64,000 nt of DNA from Candidatus Poribacteria bacterium. Its GTDB lineage: Bacteria > Poribacteria > WGA-4E > WGA-3G. The translations under genes were made by a program, and so were the position numbers. The stretch is from NCBI GenBank assembly GCA_965215265.1, contig OZ244048.1:1792001-1856000 (forward strand). Direction: 5' to 3'. Position 1 is the first letter of the stretch. Each line of letters opens with the position of its first letter. This document shows positions 8,595 to 17,746 of the stretch, piece after piece. The notes beneath the pieces are model-generated. The model had not been told where the DNA came from. It worked only from the letters and a program-made list of their open reading frames with translations, and searched no databases.

Positions 8595-9818
8595 TTGAAA
8601 AAAATAGTTTATGTATATTTATTGCTTTTTTGCATGACTACAACGGTATTCGGTCAAGGGCTTCCGAATGCTGTTCCACAGGAAGTCGGACTTTCCGCTG
8701 AACGGTTGCAACGCATCGCCCCTGTCATGCAACGCTACGTTGATAAAGGACAAGTGTCCGGGTTTTTGACAGCCGTGGCAAGGCAGGGAAAACTGGTTCA
8801 TTTTGAAACTGTCGGGATGCGGGATGTAGAGAATAGCAAGCCGGTTGAACCGGATACGATTTTCCGTATCTACTCCATGTCAAAACCAATTACCAGTGTT
8901 GCTGTGATGATGCTCTATGAAGAGGGGCATTTTCAGTTGGGCACACCCGTCTCTAAATTCATTCCTGAGTTTAAGAACATGAAAGTTTACAACGAAGATC
9001 AGACTGAAACTCGGGATGCGAAAAAACCGATAACCGTAAAGCATCTGCTGACACATACCGCGGGGCTTACTTATGGCTGGGGCAAAAGGCCGGTTGATAA
9101 ACTCTACAGTAAGGCGAAAATTTTTGAGCAGGGGAGTACGTTAGCTGATGTAGTCGCAAAATTGAGTGAGATCCCGCTTGTCCACGAACCAGGGGCGGAA
9201 TGGACTTATGGCGTTTCTGTTGACGTGCTTGGGTATTTCGTGGAGGTGGTTTCGGGGATGCCGTTTGAGGAATTTTTGCAGACGCGGCTCTTTGAACCAC
9301 TCGGCATGGTAGACACCGCGTTTTCAGTGCCAATGGAGAAACTTGACAGATTCGCGGCATTGTATACGTATACAAAAACTGATGGACCAAAACTTGTGAA
9401 GAATCCGCCGCTCGAAAATGGCAAACTTAGCTTCTTTCCAGCTGGCGGAAGTGGACTCGTGTCAACAGCATCGGATTATCTGCGGTTTTGCCAAATGTTA
9501 CTGAACGGCGGCGAATTAGACGGGGTGCGCATCTTAGGGCGCAAAACGGTTGAACTGATGCGTCAGCCGCATCATCCATGGGGAAAAGGGGCAGAAAATG
9601 GCGGCTTTGGGCTCGGCTTCGCGGTTGTTAAAGATGTAAGCCAGGCAGATATTCTGGAATCCGTCGGCAATTTCAGTTGGAGCGGTGCTGCCGCAACAAC
9701 TTTCTGGATCGATCCGCAAGAAGAATTGATCTGCGTGCTAATGACGCAGCTCCGCAATAACCCTTACCCTTTCCACAATCAATTCAAAGTGTTAGCGTAT
9801 CAAGCAATTATTGATTAA
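8595..9818 (+). CDS. Serine hydrolase, beta-lactamase class C-like family, with signal peptide
   Basis: FRIYSMSK (SxxK), LLTHTAGL, PGAEWTY; TTG start with aaggag RBS. Confidence 0.9.
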   Translation: MKKIVYVYLLLFCMTTTVFGQGLPNAVPQEVGLSAERLQRIAPVMQRYVDKGQVSGFLTAVARQGKLVHFETVGMRDVENSKPVEPDTIFRIYSMSKPITSVAVMMLYEEGHFQLGTPVSKFIPEFKNMKVYNEDQTETRDAKKPITVKHLLTHTAGLTYGWGKRPVDKLYSKAKIFEQGSTLADVVAKLSEIPLVHEPGAEWTYGVSVDVLGYFVEVVSGMPFEEFLQTRLFEPLGMVDTAFSVPMEKLDRFAALYTYTKTDGPKLVKNPPLENGKLSFFPAGGSGLVSTASDYLRFCQMLLNGGELDGVRILGRKTVELMRQPHHPWGKGAENGGFGLGFAVVKDVSQADILESVGNFSWSGAAATTFWIDPQEELICVLMTQLRNNPYPFHNQFKVLAYQAIID

Positions 9819-9874
9819 AAGCAGAAGCAGGTGCGGCGAACCTGTCTCAATAACAAGAACAAAAGGAGGAATAG

Positions 9875-11047
9875 ATGAAATACTCTCTTCCGTGTGCAGT
9901 CCCCGAAGAGGTCGGAATGTCCGCATCGCGGTTAGAACGCATCGCGCCCGTGATGCAGGGCTACGTCGATGCAGGGAAAATTCCGGGCGCGTTGACTATG
10001 ATTGCCCGTGAGGGCAGACTCGTCCACTTTGAAAAATTCGGCATGCAGGATGTTGCGGAGGCGAAACCGATCGAATTTGATACCATCTTCCGTATTTATT
10101 CCATGACGAAACCGATTACTAGCGTCGCTGTGATGATGCTCTATGAAGAGGGGCATTTTCAACTTAATACACCTATCTCAGAATTTATCCCTGCTTTCAA
10201 GGACATGAAAGTCTATAGTCAGGACTACAGCGACATTATAGATGCAGAACGTGAGATGACGATAAAACATCTGCTGACGCATACGTCCGGGCTCATCTAT
10301 GGCGGTGATGGGAGTAGGCCCATTGATGTAGAGTATGAGAAAGCAAACTTCTACGCCGGAACGTTAGCAGAGATGGCACGCAAATTAGGGGAGATTCCGC
10401 TCTTTCACCAGCCGGGCGCGGCTTGGAATTACGGGATGTCCACGGATGTCTTGGGCTACCTCGTGGAAGTGGTGTCTGGTATACCGTTTGAGGAATTTTT
10501 GAAGACCCGGATTTTTGAACCGTTGGGCATGATGGATACGGCATTTTCTGTACCGGACGCAAAAGCGGACCGGTATGCGACTTTGTATGAACCAGCAGAC
10601 GATGCTGGAATTCAAGTCATTGAGAACGCGCCCGTTTCAACCGGTCCACGCAACTTTCCGCCTTCTGGTGGGGCGGGGCTCCAGTCAACTGCCGCTGATT
10701 ACCTCCGCTTCTGCCAGATGCTGCTCAATGACGGTGAACTTGAGGGTGAACGGCTCCTCGGTCGGAAAACGGTTGAACTGATTCGGTTGAATCATATTGA
10801 AGATACCTGGCAACCGCTTGAGAGAGAAGGGTGCGGATTCGGGCTCGGATTCGCTGTTGTCACAGATGTCGCAGGAACACAAAGCCTTGGTTCCCCAGGA
10901 AGCTACGCTTGGGGTGGTTTGGCGAGTACGACATTCTGGATCGACCCGGTAGAGGAATTGGTAGCAATTTTAATGACACAGCTAATAGGAGATTCGCCTT
11001 TCCACGCACAATTCCGGGTGTTAACCTATCAAGCAATTATTGACTAG
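9875..11047 (+). CDS. Serine hydrolase, beta-lactamase class C-like family (paralog, no signal peptide)
   Basis: FRIYSMTK, LLTHTSGL, PGAAWNY; aggagg RBS. Confidence 0.92.
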   Translation: MKYSLPCAVPEEVGMSASRLERIAPVMQGYVDAGKIPGALTMIAREGRLVHFEKFGMQDVAEAKPIEFDTIFRIYSMTKPITSVAVMMLYEEGHFQLNTPISEFIPAFKDMKVYSQDYSDIIDAEREMTIKHLLTHTSGLIYGGDGSRPIDVEYEKANFYAGTLAEMARKLGEIPLFHQPGAAWNYGMSTDVLGYLVEVVSGIPFEEFLKTRIFEPLGMMDTAFSVPDAKADRYATLYEPADDAGIQVIENAPVSTGPRNFPPSGGAGLQSTAADYLRFCQMLLNDGELEGERLLGRKTVELIRLNHIEDTWQPLEREGCGFGLGFAVVTDVAGTQSLGSPGSYAWGGLASTTFWIDPVEELVAILMTQLIGDSPFHAQFRVLTYQAIID

Positions 11048-11054
11048 GAGATGA

Positions 11055-11978
11055 GTGATGGACCTCGTTCAGCTTGAAAAAGTCCGAAAACAGTTCGGTG
11101 ATTTCACAGCGGTTTCGGATGTTTCCTTCAACATCGAAAAGGGGAGCATCTACGGCTTGCTCGGTCCCAACGGTGCAGGCAAAACCACAACACTCCGGAT
11201 GATAATGGGCATCATCGCACCGGATACTGGCAGCATTACCTTTCGCCAGAATCAGCGGATTCAGGATTTCAGCGAGTGCATCGGCTACCTGCCGGAAGAA
11301 CGCGGACTGTATCGGAAGATGAAAGTCCGAGATGTCATCGTTTTCATGGCAGCGTTGAAAGGGGTTCGCAAGCCGGAGGCACTGCGCGAGGGAGACCGGT
11401 GGCTGGAGAAGCTGCAGATGTCCGACTGGCGAGATAAGCGGATTGAGGAACTCTCAAAGGGCATGACACAGAAGATTCAGTTCATCACAACCGTGTTGCA
11501 TCAGCCCGAATTGATTATTCTTGATGAACCCTTCTCCGGGCTGGACCCGATTAACATGACATTACTCAAAGATTTGATACTTGAACTCCGCGACAACGGG
11601 GCGACGATTATCTTCTCAACCCATGTGATGGAACAAGTTGAAAAGTTGTGCGAATGCATCTGTCTTATCCATCAAGGCAAAGTCTTGCTCGAAGGAGAAC
11701 TCCGCGAGATTAAGCAGACATTCGGCAAAAACTCCGTCGAGATTGATTACGTCGATAGCCTTGAACCGATACGCAATTCTCCCTGGATTGAGAACTATAA
11801 CGATTTTGGGCAATCTGCCGAGGTGAAGCTGAAAACTCCGGAGAGTTATCGGCCCTTTCTCCGCGAGATGGTTGAGGCAGGTGTTGATGTGACGCGGTTT
11901 GAGTTGGTAGAGCCGACGCTTCATGAGATTTTTGTGCAGTGTGTCGGAATCGAAAGCGAGACGGAAAATGTGGCATAA
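11055..11978 (+). CDS. ABC transporter ATP-binding protein (NatA/YhaQ-like)
   Basis: Walker A GPNGAGKTT, signature LSKGM, Walker B IILDEP. Confidence 0.93.
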   Translation: MMDLVQLEKVRKQFGDFTAVSDVSFNIEKGSIYGLLGPNGAGKTTTLRMIMGIIAPDTGSITFRQNQRIQDFSECIGYLPEERGLYRKMKVRDVIVFMAALKGVRKPEALREGDRWLEKLQMSDWRDKRIEELSKGMTQKIQFITTVLHQPELIILDEPFSGLDPINMTLLKDLILELRDNGATIIFSTHVMEQVEKLCECICLIHQGKVLLEGELREIKQTFGKNSVEIDYVDSLEPIRNSPWIENYNDFGQSAEVKLKTPESYRPFLREMVEAGVDVTRFELVEPTLHEIFVQCVGIESETENVA

Positions 11979-13299
11979 AGTCACCGCGGTGATCAAACGT
12001 GAATATACGACGCGAGTCAAGGCGAAGGCTTTCATCGCTTCAGTGTTCCTGATGCCGCTTTTCATGTGCGCGATGGTGCTTTTGCCAAGTTTTCTATTGA
12101 AAACGGGTCAAAAAACAACAGGCATAAGAACGCTCGTGGTGATAGATGAAACAGGCGAAATTTTTGAGAAACTGAGCGAACGTGCTGCAGTGCATCCTAC
12201 TTTTCAGCACAAGGGCAAGATGATTTATCAGTTCCTCGAACGGAACCCACAAGCAGATGATGTTACCACCACAGCACTCCACCAAGAAATTAGAGCCAAT
12301 AAAATCTATGCCGCTGTTGAAATTCCAAAAGATGTTTTTGAGAACGGAAACGTGGACTACTATGCACGTTCAACGCTCAATTTTGAGTTCCAAGGGGCTC
12401 TGAGCCGGATGATCACTGATATTGTCGTCAGCAAGCGATTCGCAGAAAGTCAATATTCGCAGAAAGAAATCAGACGATTAATGCGCGATGTAAAACTCAA
12501 TACCTACGCGCTTACCAGTACCAACAAGAAAGGCAAAAGGAAGGTTGAGCGGAGCGTAGAAACGGGCATACGTCTCGGTTTGGGGTATATCCTCGTTTTC
12601 ACGCTCTACATGTTTACTGCCCTTTATGCAAATGCTGTGATGCGAAGTGTTTTGGAAGAAAAAACAACGCGCATCACCGAAGTGATTGTCTCCTCCATCA
12701 AGCCGGCGCAGCTCCTATTTGGTAAACTCATCGGCGTCTGCTCTGTCTGTTTAACACTATTTGCGATTTGGGTGATATTCGGCGTGGCACTAGTCAGTAA
12801 CATAAAACCGCTGCTTGGCATTTTTGGTATCAGTGTGCCTCCCGCGCTAGTCGGCCAAGTGATTGCAACGCTCAAAGCAAGTAGCACACCGGTGCTTGCC
12901 TACTTTTTCATTTATTTCATCGGCGGCTTCTTCTTGTATTCAACACTTTACGCAGCTGTCGGTGCAATGTGCAATAGCGACGAAGAGGCGCAACAGTTGG
13001 GCGGTTCTATCATAATGTTCCTTGTTCTTCCATTGGTATTAATGTTCCAATTATTCAGAATACCTGATGCCCCCGTTACGATAGTACTTTCACACATTCC
13101 CTTTTTCTCACCGATTCTGATGTTCATGCGAATCAACGTGCTGATGCCACCGTGGTGGGAGATTCTGCTGAATCTTGGGGTGATGGTTGGCACGCTCTTC
13201 CTTGTCACCGGTATCAGCGGGAAAATTTATCAGGTAGGTATTTTAATGTATGGAAAGCGGCCGACATTCAAAGAATTGTGGCGGTGGCTGAGATATTGA
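11968..13299 (+). CDS. ABC-2 type permease (NatB/YhaP-like)
   Basis: KREYTTRVKAKAF, EEKTTRITEVIVSS, several TM helices; start at 11968 overlaps the ATPase end. Confidence 0.9.
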   Translation: MWHKVTAVIKREYTTRVKAKAFIASVFLMPLFMCAMVLLPSFLLKTGQKTTGIRTLVVIDETGEIFEKLSERAAVHPTFQHKGKMIYQFLERNPQADDVTTTALHQEIRANKIYAAVEIPKDVFENGNVDYYARSTLNFEFQGALSRMITDIVVSKRFAESQYSQKEIRRLMRDVKLNTYALTSTNKKGKRKVERSVETGIRLGLGYILVFTLYMFTALYANAVMRSVLEEKTTRITEVIVSSIKPAQLLFGKLIGVCSVCLTLFAIWVIFGVALVSNIKPLLGIFGISVPPALVGQVIATLKASSTPVLAYFFIYFIGGFFLYSTLYAAVGAMCNSDEEAQQLGGSIIMFLVLPLVLMFQLFRIPDAPVTIVLSHIPFFSPILMFMRINVLMPPWWEILLNLGVMVGTLFLVTGISGKIYQVGILMYGKRPTFKELWRWLRY

Positions 13300-13370
13300 G
13301 TGAGACCGAAACAGTCGTGATGCTACATTCCACACGCTGGCACTGAATCTGAGTCGTGCGAAGGATTTTA

Positions 13371-13540
13371 ATTTGTAGACAGGAGCCCAATGCCAGTTGC
13401 TGCTATATTAAATCCCCTACAAATCTCGTCGGAGCCTTCTGATGCTTTGACTTCAAAAGACTATGCCTAAGTAGGCTCTGGCGAGATTTACACACGAGTT
13501 ATTATTACATAAGCGTTGATCGTACGGAGATATACAAAAA
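13371..13540 (+). repeat. Family-A palindromic intergenic element, full-length (~170 bp)
   Basis: caggagccc...aaatctcgtcggagcc...ggctctggcgagattt...ataagcgttgatcgtacggagatatacaaaaa. Confidence 0.85.
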
Positions 13541-13541
13541 G

Positions 13542-14153
13542 ATGAATATCGCAGTTGTTACAGGAGAACACGGTTTTCAGAAAAAAGAATTTGATGCAGT
13601 CTTCCAGAGTATGGACGGCATCCAATTTGTACGTGAAGACTTGGATGTCTTTGTCGATGACCTAAGGCAGGCTGAGTACGATACCGTTGTCTTTTATAAC
13701 TTTCATCGTCCTTATCCGACAGAGGCACAAGCCGAGGCGATTCTCGGTTTAACAGAACGTGGGCAGGGTTTGGCCATCCTGCATCATGCTATCCTCGCGT
13801 TTCCCGAGTGGGATGCATACTCAGAAATCTGTGGAATTCTTGATAGAGATTTCGGGTATCATCCGCGGCAGATGCTCCAAGTGCAGATTGCCGATACAAC
13901 GCATCCGATTACAACTGGGATGACACCATGGGAGATGGGAGACGAGACGTATACCATGGAATCTGCCGAGGAGGGAAGCCAACTGCTTTTGACCGTTGAG
14001 CATCCGAAGAGCATGAACGTTCTGGGATGGGCACGTGAATACGGAAATTCTCGGATTTTCTGTCTACAGAGCGGCCACGACAACGTCACCTTTTCTAACC
14101 CCAACTTCCGAGAGGTCCTTAAGCGAGGCATTCAGTGGGCTGCAAAGCGTTAA
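13542..14153 (+). CDS. ThuA-like (class I glutamine-amidotransferase-like fold) protein
   Basis: GQGLAILHHA, HPIT, DETY, GWAREYGNSRIFCLQSGHD. Confidence 0.85.
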   Translation: MNIAVVTGEHGFQKKEFDAVFQSMDGIQFVREDLDVFVDDLRQAEYDTVVFYNFHRPYPTEAQAEAILGLTERGQGLAILHHAILAFPEWDAYSEICGILDRDFGYHPRQMLQVQIADTTHPITTGMTPWEMGDETYTMESAEEGSQLLLTVEHPKSMNVLGWAREYGNSRIFCLQSGHDNVTFSNPNFREVLKRGIQWAAKR

Positions 14154-14189
14154 CACTTGGAGATGCAGTGCCTTATCTCCAGCTTAGAT

Positions 14190-14355
14190 TCATAGCATAG
14201 AAGGTTTTGGGTGGGCGGGCGACGAGATTTATCTATAGATTGGCAGGTAAAAGGTAGCACTAACGTGTCCTGAAGGACACGTATAGACTACCTATCCTGC
14301 TAACACAGTCATTGACACAACATCAGGCGTTATAGGGCTTAAATATACAAAAAAA
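14190..14355 (+). repeat. Partial family-A element with nested family-B hairpin (14231-14302)
   Basis: gagattt|atctatagat-tggcagg...cctgcta|acacagtc splits the A motif gagatttacacagtc. Confidence 0.8.
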
Positions 14356-14366
14356 CGGAGAAAACG

Positions 14367-15365
14367 ATGGAGCCGACAATGTATTCAGTAAAGAACAGGA
14401 CGGTTGATGGGTTTCAAGTTTATGCGATACAAAACGGTGAAAACGCTGTCGCTGAAATCGTACCGGCGCTTGGAAATAATTGCTATGTATTCAAGGTAAA
14501 GGCTGGCGACGAGTGGCTTGATATTATAGATGCGCCACCGCATCTCGCCACGTTGCAAGCGAGACCGACGGCTTACGGTAATCCGATCCTTTTTCCGTTC
14601 CCGAACCGGATCCGAGAGGGTAGATGGACTTTTGAAGGGAAAACCTATCAGTTTGATAAATCGCGCGATGCACCGACGACAATTCACGGTTTGCTACTGA
14701 ATCGGCCATATCGCATTGAACACCACGGGGCCGATGAAAATGGCGCGACACTCGTGTGTTCGCTCAATTCACTCGATTTTCCTGATATCGGCCGGCAGTA
14801 TCCGTTCCCGTTTGAGATTAAGATTGTGTATACCCTCAAAGACTCTATTTTGACAATGACGGTTGCCATTAAAAATACCGGAGATCGGAACATGCCTGTC
14901 GGATTCGGAATTCATCCGTATTTTCGGGTGAGGCTCACCCCTGCTGCCTCCGCCGCAGAGGCGATGATCACTGTTCCGGCGGCGAAATATTGGGAACTTG
15001 ATGACGTGCTGGTCCCGACCGGGAAACAGCACGTTGTGACAGACACACTTGACCTTCGGCACGGGCAGCCCTTCTCAAAACTGAAACTCGATCATGTCTT
15101 TACAGACGTTCAACTCACGGCGGGTGTGAGCCGGTGTACAATCGAGAATTTGGATACCGGGCACGGCATGCTCATGGAATCAGATGCGCCCTTCAGAGAA
15201 CTTGTTGTGTATACGCCACCGGGCAGAGACGCTATCTGTTTTGAGCCTTATACGTGTCCAACGGATGCCATCAACTTAGAGGCGAGAGGCATACCTGCCG
15301 GCGTTATTGTGCTGCCGCCGGGTGAAACCTTTACCGGCACTGTTCGCATGATGCCAGCGAGGTAG
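14367..15365 (+). CDS. Aldose 1-epimerase family protein
   Basis: GNPILFPFPNRI, IHGL, GFGIHPYF, ICFEPYT. Confidence 0.92.
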   Translation: MEPTMYSVKNRTVDGFQVYAIQNGENAVAEIVPALGNNCYVFKVKAGDEWLDIIDAPPHLATLQARPTAYGNPILFPFPNRIREGRWTFEGKTYQFDKSRDAPTTIHGLLLNRPYRIEHHGADENGATLVCSLNSLDFPDIGRQYPFPFEIKIVYTLKDSILTMTVAIKNTGDRNMPVGFGIHPYFRVRLTPAASAAEAMITVPAAKYWELDDVLVPTGKQHVVTDTLDLRHGQPFSKLKLDHVFTDVQLTAGVSRCTIENLDTGHGMLMESDAPFRELVVYTPPGRDAICFEPYTCPTDAINLEARGIPAGVIVLPPGETFTGTVRMMPAR

Positions 15366-15423
15366 GTAAACGAGAGGACCGTGCCCTTACGGCCCTACCC
15401 CGCGGCTTTCGACAGCCCGTGCC

Positions 15424-15615
15424 ATGTTGTGTAGGCCTTCGTCAAGTTGCCAAAATTGTGAAACAGTTACGAGTTGTTATCCTAGCTGTTGCAGTAGTAC
15501 TTCACCTTGTAATAGTTGTAGTGCACATTGTCAAAATCAAGATAGCGATGAATACATGTGCAATGGTTCTTGCCAACCGACTAAGTGCAAGGTTGCGGTG
15601 GCTTCGATTCCCTGA
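15424..15615 (+). CDS. Small Cys/Ser-rich peptide (63 aa, 12 Cys), possibly a 5'-truncated remnant
   Basis: MLCRPSSSCQNCETVTSCYPSCCSSTSPCNSCSAHCQNQDSDEYMCNGSCQPTKC...; ends just before the WD40 RBS. Confidence 0.55.
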   Translation: MLCRPSSSCQNCETVTSCYPSCCSSTSPCNSCSAHCQNQDSDEYMCNGSCQPTKCKVAVASIP

Positions 15616-15637
15616 GAAAAAAAATAGGAGGTCCAAG

Positions 15638-17623
15638 GTGGAAAATACTCCGTTGCAAAAGGTGAGACAAGACATGGGCATCGACAAAGATGTCATGACA
15701 TGGGCTCTGCCAGAAGGTGCAATTGCCCGATTCGGACGAGGTAGAGTCGCGAAGATGGCGTTTGCGCCGAATGGAAACACACTCGCTGTTGGCAGCTGCC
15801 TTGGTGTCTGGCTCTATGATATATCCACCTTGACTCCCTTATGTTTATTTGATACGGAACGCGGCATGGTTTCAGCACTTGCATATTCCCTCAATGGTGT
15901 TTTTATTGCAACCGGTAATTGGGATGGTGACATCAAGATATGGGACGTGCAAAGCAAACGGTGCATTTCCAAAATGAAGCGGAAAGGTCGGTTTGATATG
16001 GCCTCCCACCTCGTTTTTTCACCGGATGGACAACGTCTCGCCTCTTCTGGTGGACGCTACGATGCTGTTTATGTCTGGTGTCCGGAAACCGGGGCACAAA
16101 TTGCGAAATTTGTCGATGAAGCATCCCTGCAACCGCGTCATCGCCCTGGACGCATTCCACTCTCATTTTCGCCTGATGGGAGATTGCTCGCAGGAGCAAC
16201 CCCTAGAAATACTTTTTCTGTTTGGGATCTGGAAACTTGTGAACGTATTGCTTGCGTCACCAGACATACGGATTCTGTCCGTATGCTTCTCTTTTCACCG
16301 TGTGGGCAATTCCTGACTTCCGCGGACCGGGCAGGTGTTTTTCATGAATGGGATGTGAACAAAATTACTGCAAAGGAACCAAGTCCTTGCTTCTCAGTGA
16401 TACCCACTGCCGCGACATCTGTTCAGGCACTCGCTTATTTAACCGACGGCACATTAGTTGCCGCAGGGAAGAATGAAAACACCGTTAGTGTCTGGGATGT
16501 GAAGCATAGAAACACGTTGCGGATTTTAAGAAGCGAATGGTGCCCCAATCCCAATTCGTTCTGCTTTTCATCCAGCGGTTCGCAATTGGCTTTAGTTTGG
16601 AAAGATCAGATTCAAGTGTGGGATATTGGATTCTCCCGAAAGAATACGATTCGTGAACATACGCCAGTGTATGGTGCCGTGACATTTTCACCGGATGGAA
16701 ACACTTTGGCATCAGGGAGTTGGGGCAACGGCATCCGCCTATGGGATGTTGCGCGGTTAGAACCTCAGAAAGCATTTGGAGAGGAATCCGCAATTCGCTC
16801 ACTTGATTTTTCGGCCTGTGGAAATAAACTCGCTTCTGGCTCCTACGATACTGCTGTGAGGATGTGGGACATTAGGAAAGTAGAGACACCCCTTGTTGAG
16901 TTTGCGGCAGATCAGAAATCGATATGGTGCGTCGCGTTTCCTTCAAAAGGTGACACCTTGTTCTGTGCCAATTCAGCAGGCCATCTGTATATGTGGGATA
17001 GGGAACAAAACCGGACTATGTTCCCTATCAGAACAAAGCACATAAAGTCTTTGTCAGTTTCGCCAGATGAAAAAAAGGTGGTGATTGCTTACTTCAACGG
17101 CCCCGCTGAACTCTGGGATGTTGAAAGCAAGCAGTTGATAACAGAGTTATCCTTAGTAAAAGTCAAAAATCGCTCAAAGTATAAAGGCGATACGCACGCA
17201 ATTCAACAATGTCTCCAATGGCAAGAGAAAGATGCAGAAAGCACCCCTATTCAATTGATAGGTCCGATTGTTTTTTCTCCATGTGGTAGCGTCATCGCAG
17301 GAGGGCTATTTAGAGAGATTCGGTTGTGGAATGCGACAACATATCAAATCTATATGGCGATACGTCTGCCTCAGGGATGTCAGAGGCCGGAGGCATTAAC
17401 ATTTTCACCGTGTGGACGCTATCTCGTTTCCGGTGCGTCATGGCAAGGCACTGATAAAGTGTCGATCCGGTTATGGGAGGTTGCCACGGGTGAGAATGTT
17501 ACGACGTTCTGGAGTCACCCGACGGATGTCCAAGACCTAGCGTTTTCGCCGGATAGCACGTTGTTGGCGAGTGGGAGTTTTGATGGCACCATCCTCTTGT
17601 GGGATATGAAGCCTTATCTATAG
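15638..17623 (+). CDS. WD40-repeat protein (copy 1)
   Basis: GTG start after AGGAGG; WALPEGAIARFGRG N-terminal motif, many xFSPDG..LAS...IxxWD repeats, C-terminal GTILLWDMKPYL. Confidence 0.92.
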   Translation: MENTPLQKVRQDMGIDKDVMTWALPEGAIARFGRGRVAKMAFAPNGNTLAVGSCLGVWLYDISTLTPLCLFDTERGMVSALAYSLNGVFIATGNWDGDIKIWDVQSKRCISKMKRKGRFDMASHLVFSPDGQRLASSGGRYDAVYVWCPETGAQIAKFVDEASLQPRHRPGRIPLSFSPDGRLLAGATPRNTFSVWDLETCERIACVTRHTDSVRMLLFSPCGQFLTSADRAGVFHEWDVNKITAKEPSPCFSVIPTAATSVQALAYLTDGTLVAAGKNENTVSVWDVKHRNTLRILRSEWCPNPNSFCFSSSGSQLALVWKDQIQVWDIGFSRKNTIREHTPVYGAVTFSPDGNTLASGSWGNGIRLWDVARLEPQKAFGEESAIRSLDFSACGNKLASGSYDTAVRMWDIRKVETPLVEFAADQKSIWCVAFPSKGDTLFCANSAGHLYMWDREQNRTMFPIRTKHIKSLSVSPDEKKVVIAYFNGPAELWDVESKQLITELSLVKVKNRSKYKGDTHAIQQCLQWQEKDAESTPIQLIGPIVFSPCGSVIAGGLFREIRLWNATTYQIYMAIRLPQGCQRPEALTFSPCGRYLVSGASWQGTDKVSIRLWEVATGENVTTFWSHPTDVQDLAFSPDSTLLASGSFDGTILLWDMKPYL

Positions 17624-17624
17624 C

Positions 17625-17670
17625 ATGAAACGTCATGACGCGACATCTCATCTGTACATCTGGTTTTCAC
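17625..17670 (+). pseudogene. Truncated start of the Cys-rich peptide gene seen at 23800, cut by a repeat fragment
   Basis: atgaaacgtcatgacgcgacatctcatctgtacatctggttttcac is near-identical to 23800-23845. Confidence 0.65.
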
Positions 17671-17746
17671 GCCCGCCCACCCAATTCCTATCAAAACATA
17701 AATAGTTGTTGTGCTGCAGTAGACGAAAAAAAAGGATTAATGTAAG

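Noticed and set aside
8595-11047. True beta-lactam resistance genes
   Set aside because: Motifs fit the broad esterase/peptidase serine-hydrolase family; activity on beta-lactams cannot be inferred
15419-15637. Hydrophobic N-terminal extension of WD40 copy 1 in the ORF track
   Set aside because: It is an alternative-frame reading of the Cys-rich peptide; a strong AGGAGG precedes GTG 15638 and the paralogs start at the equivalent point
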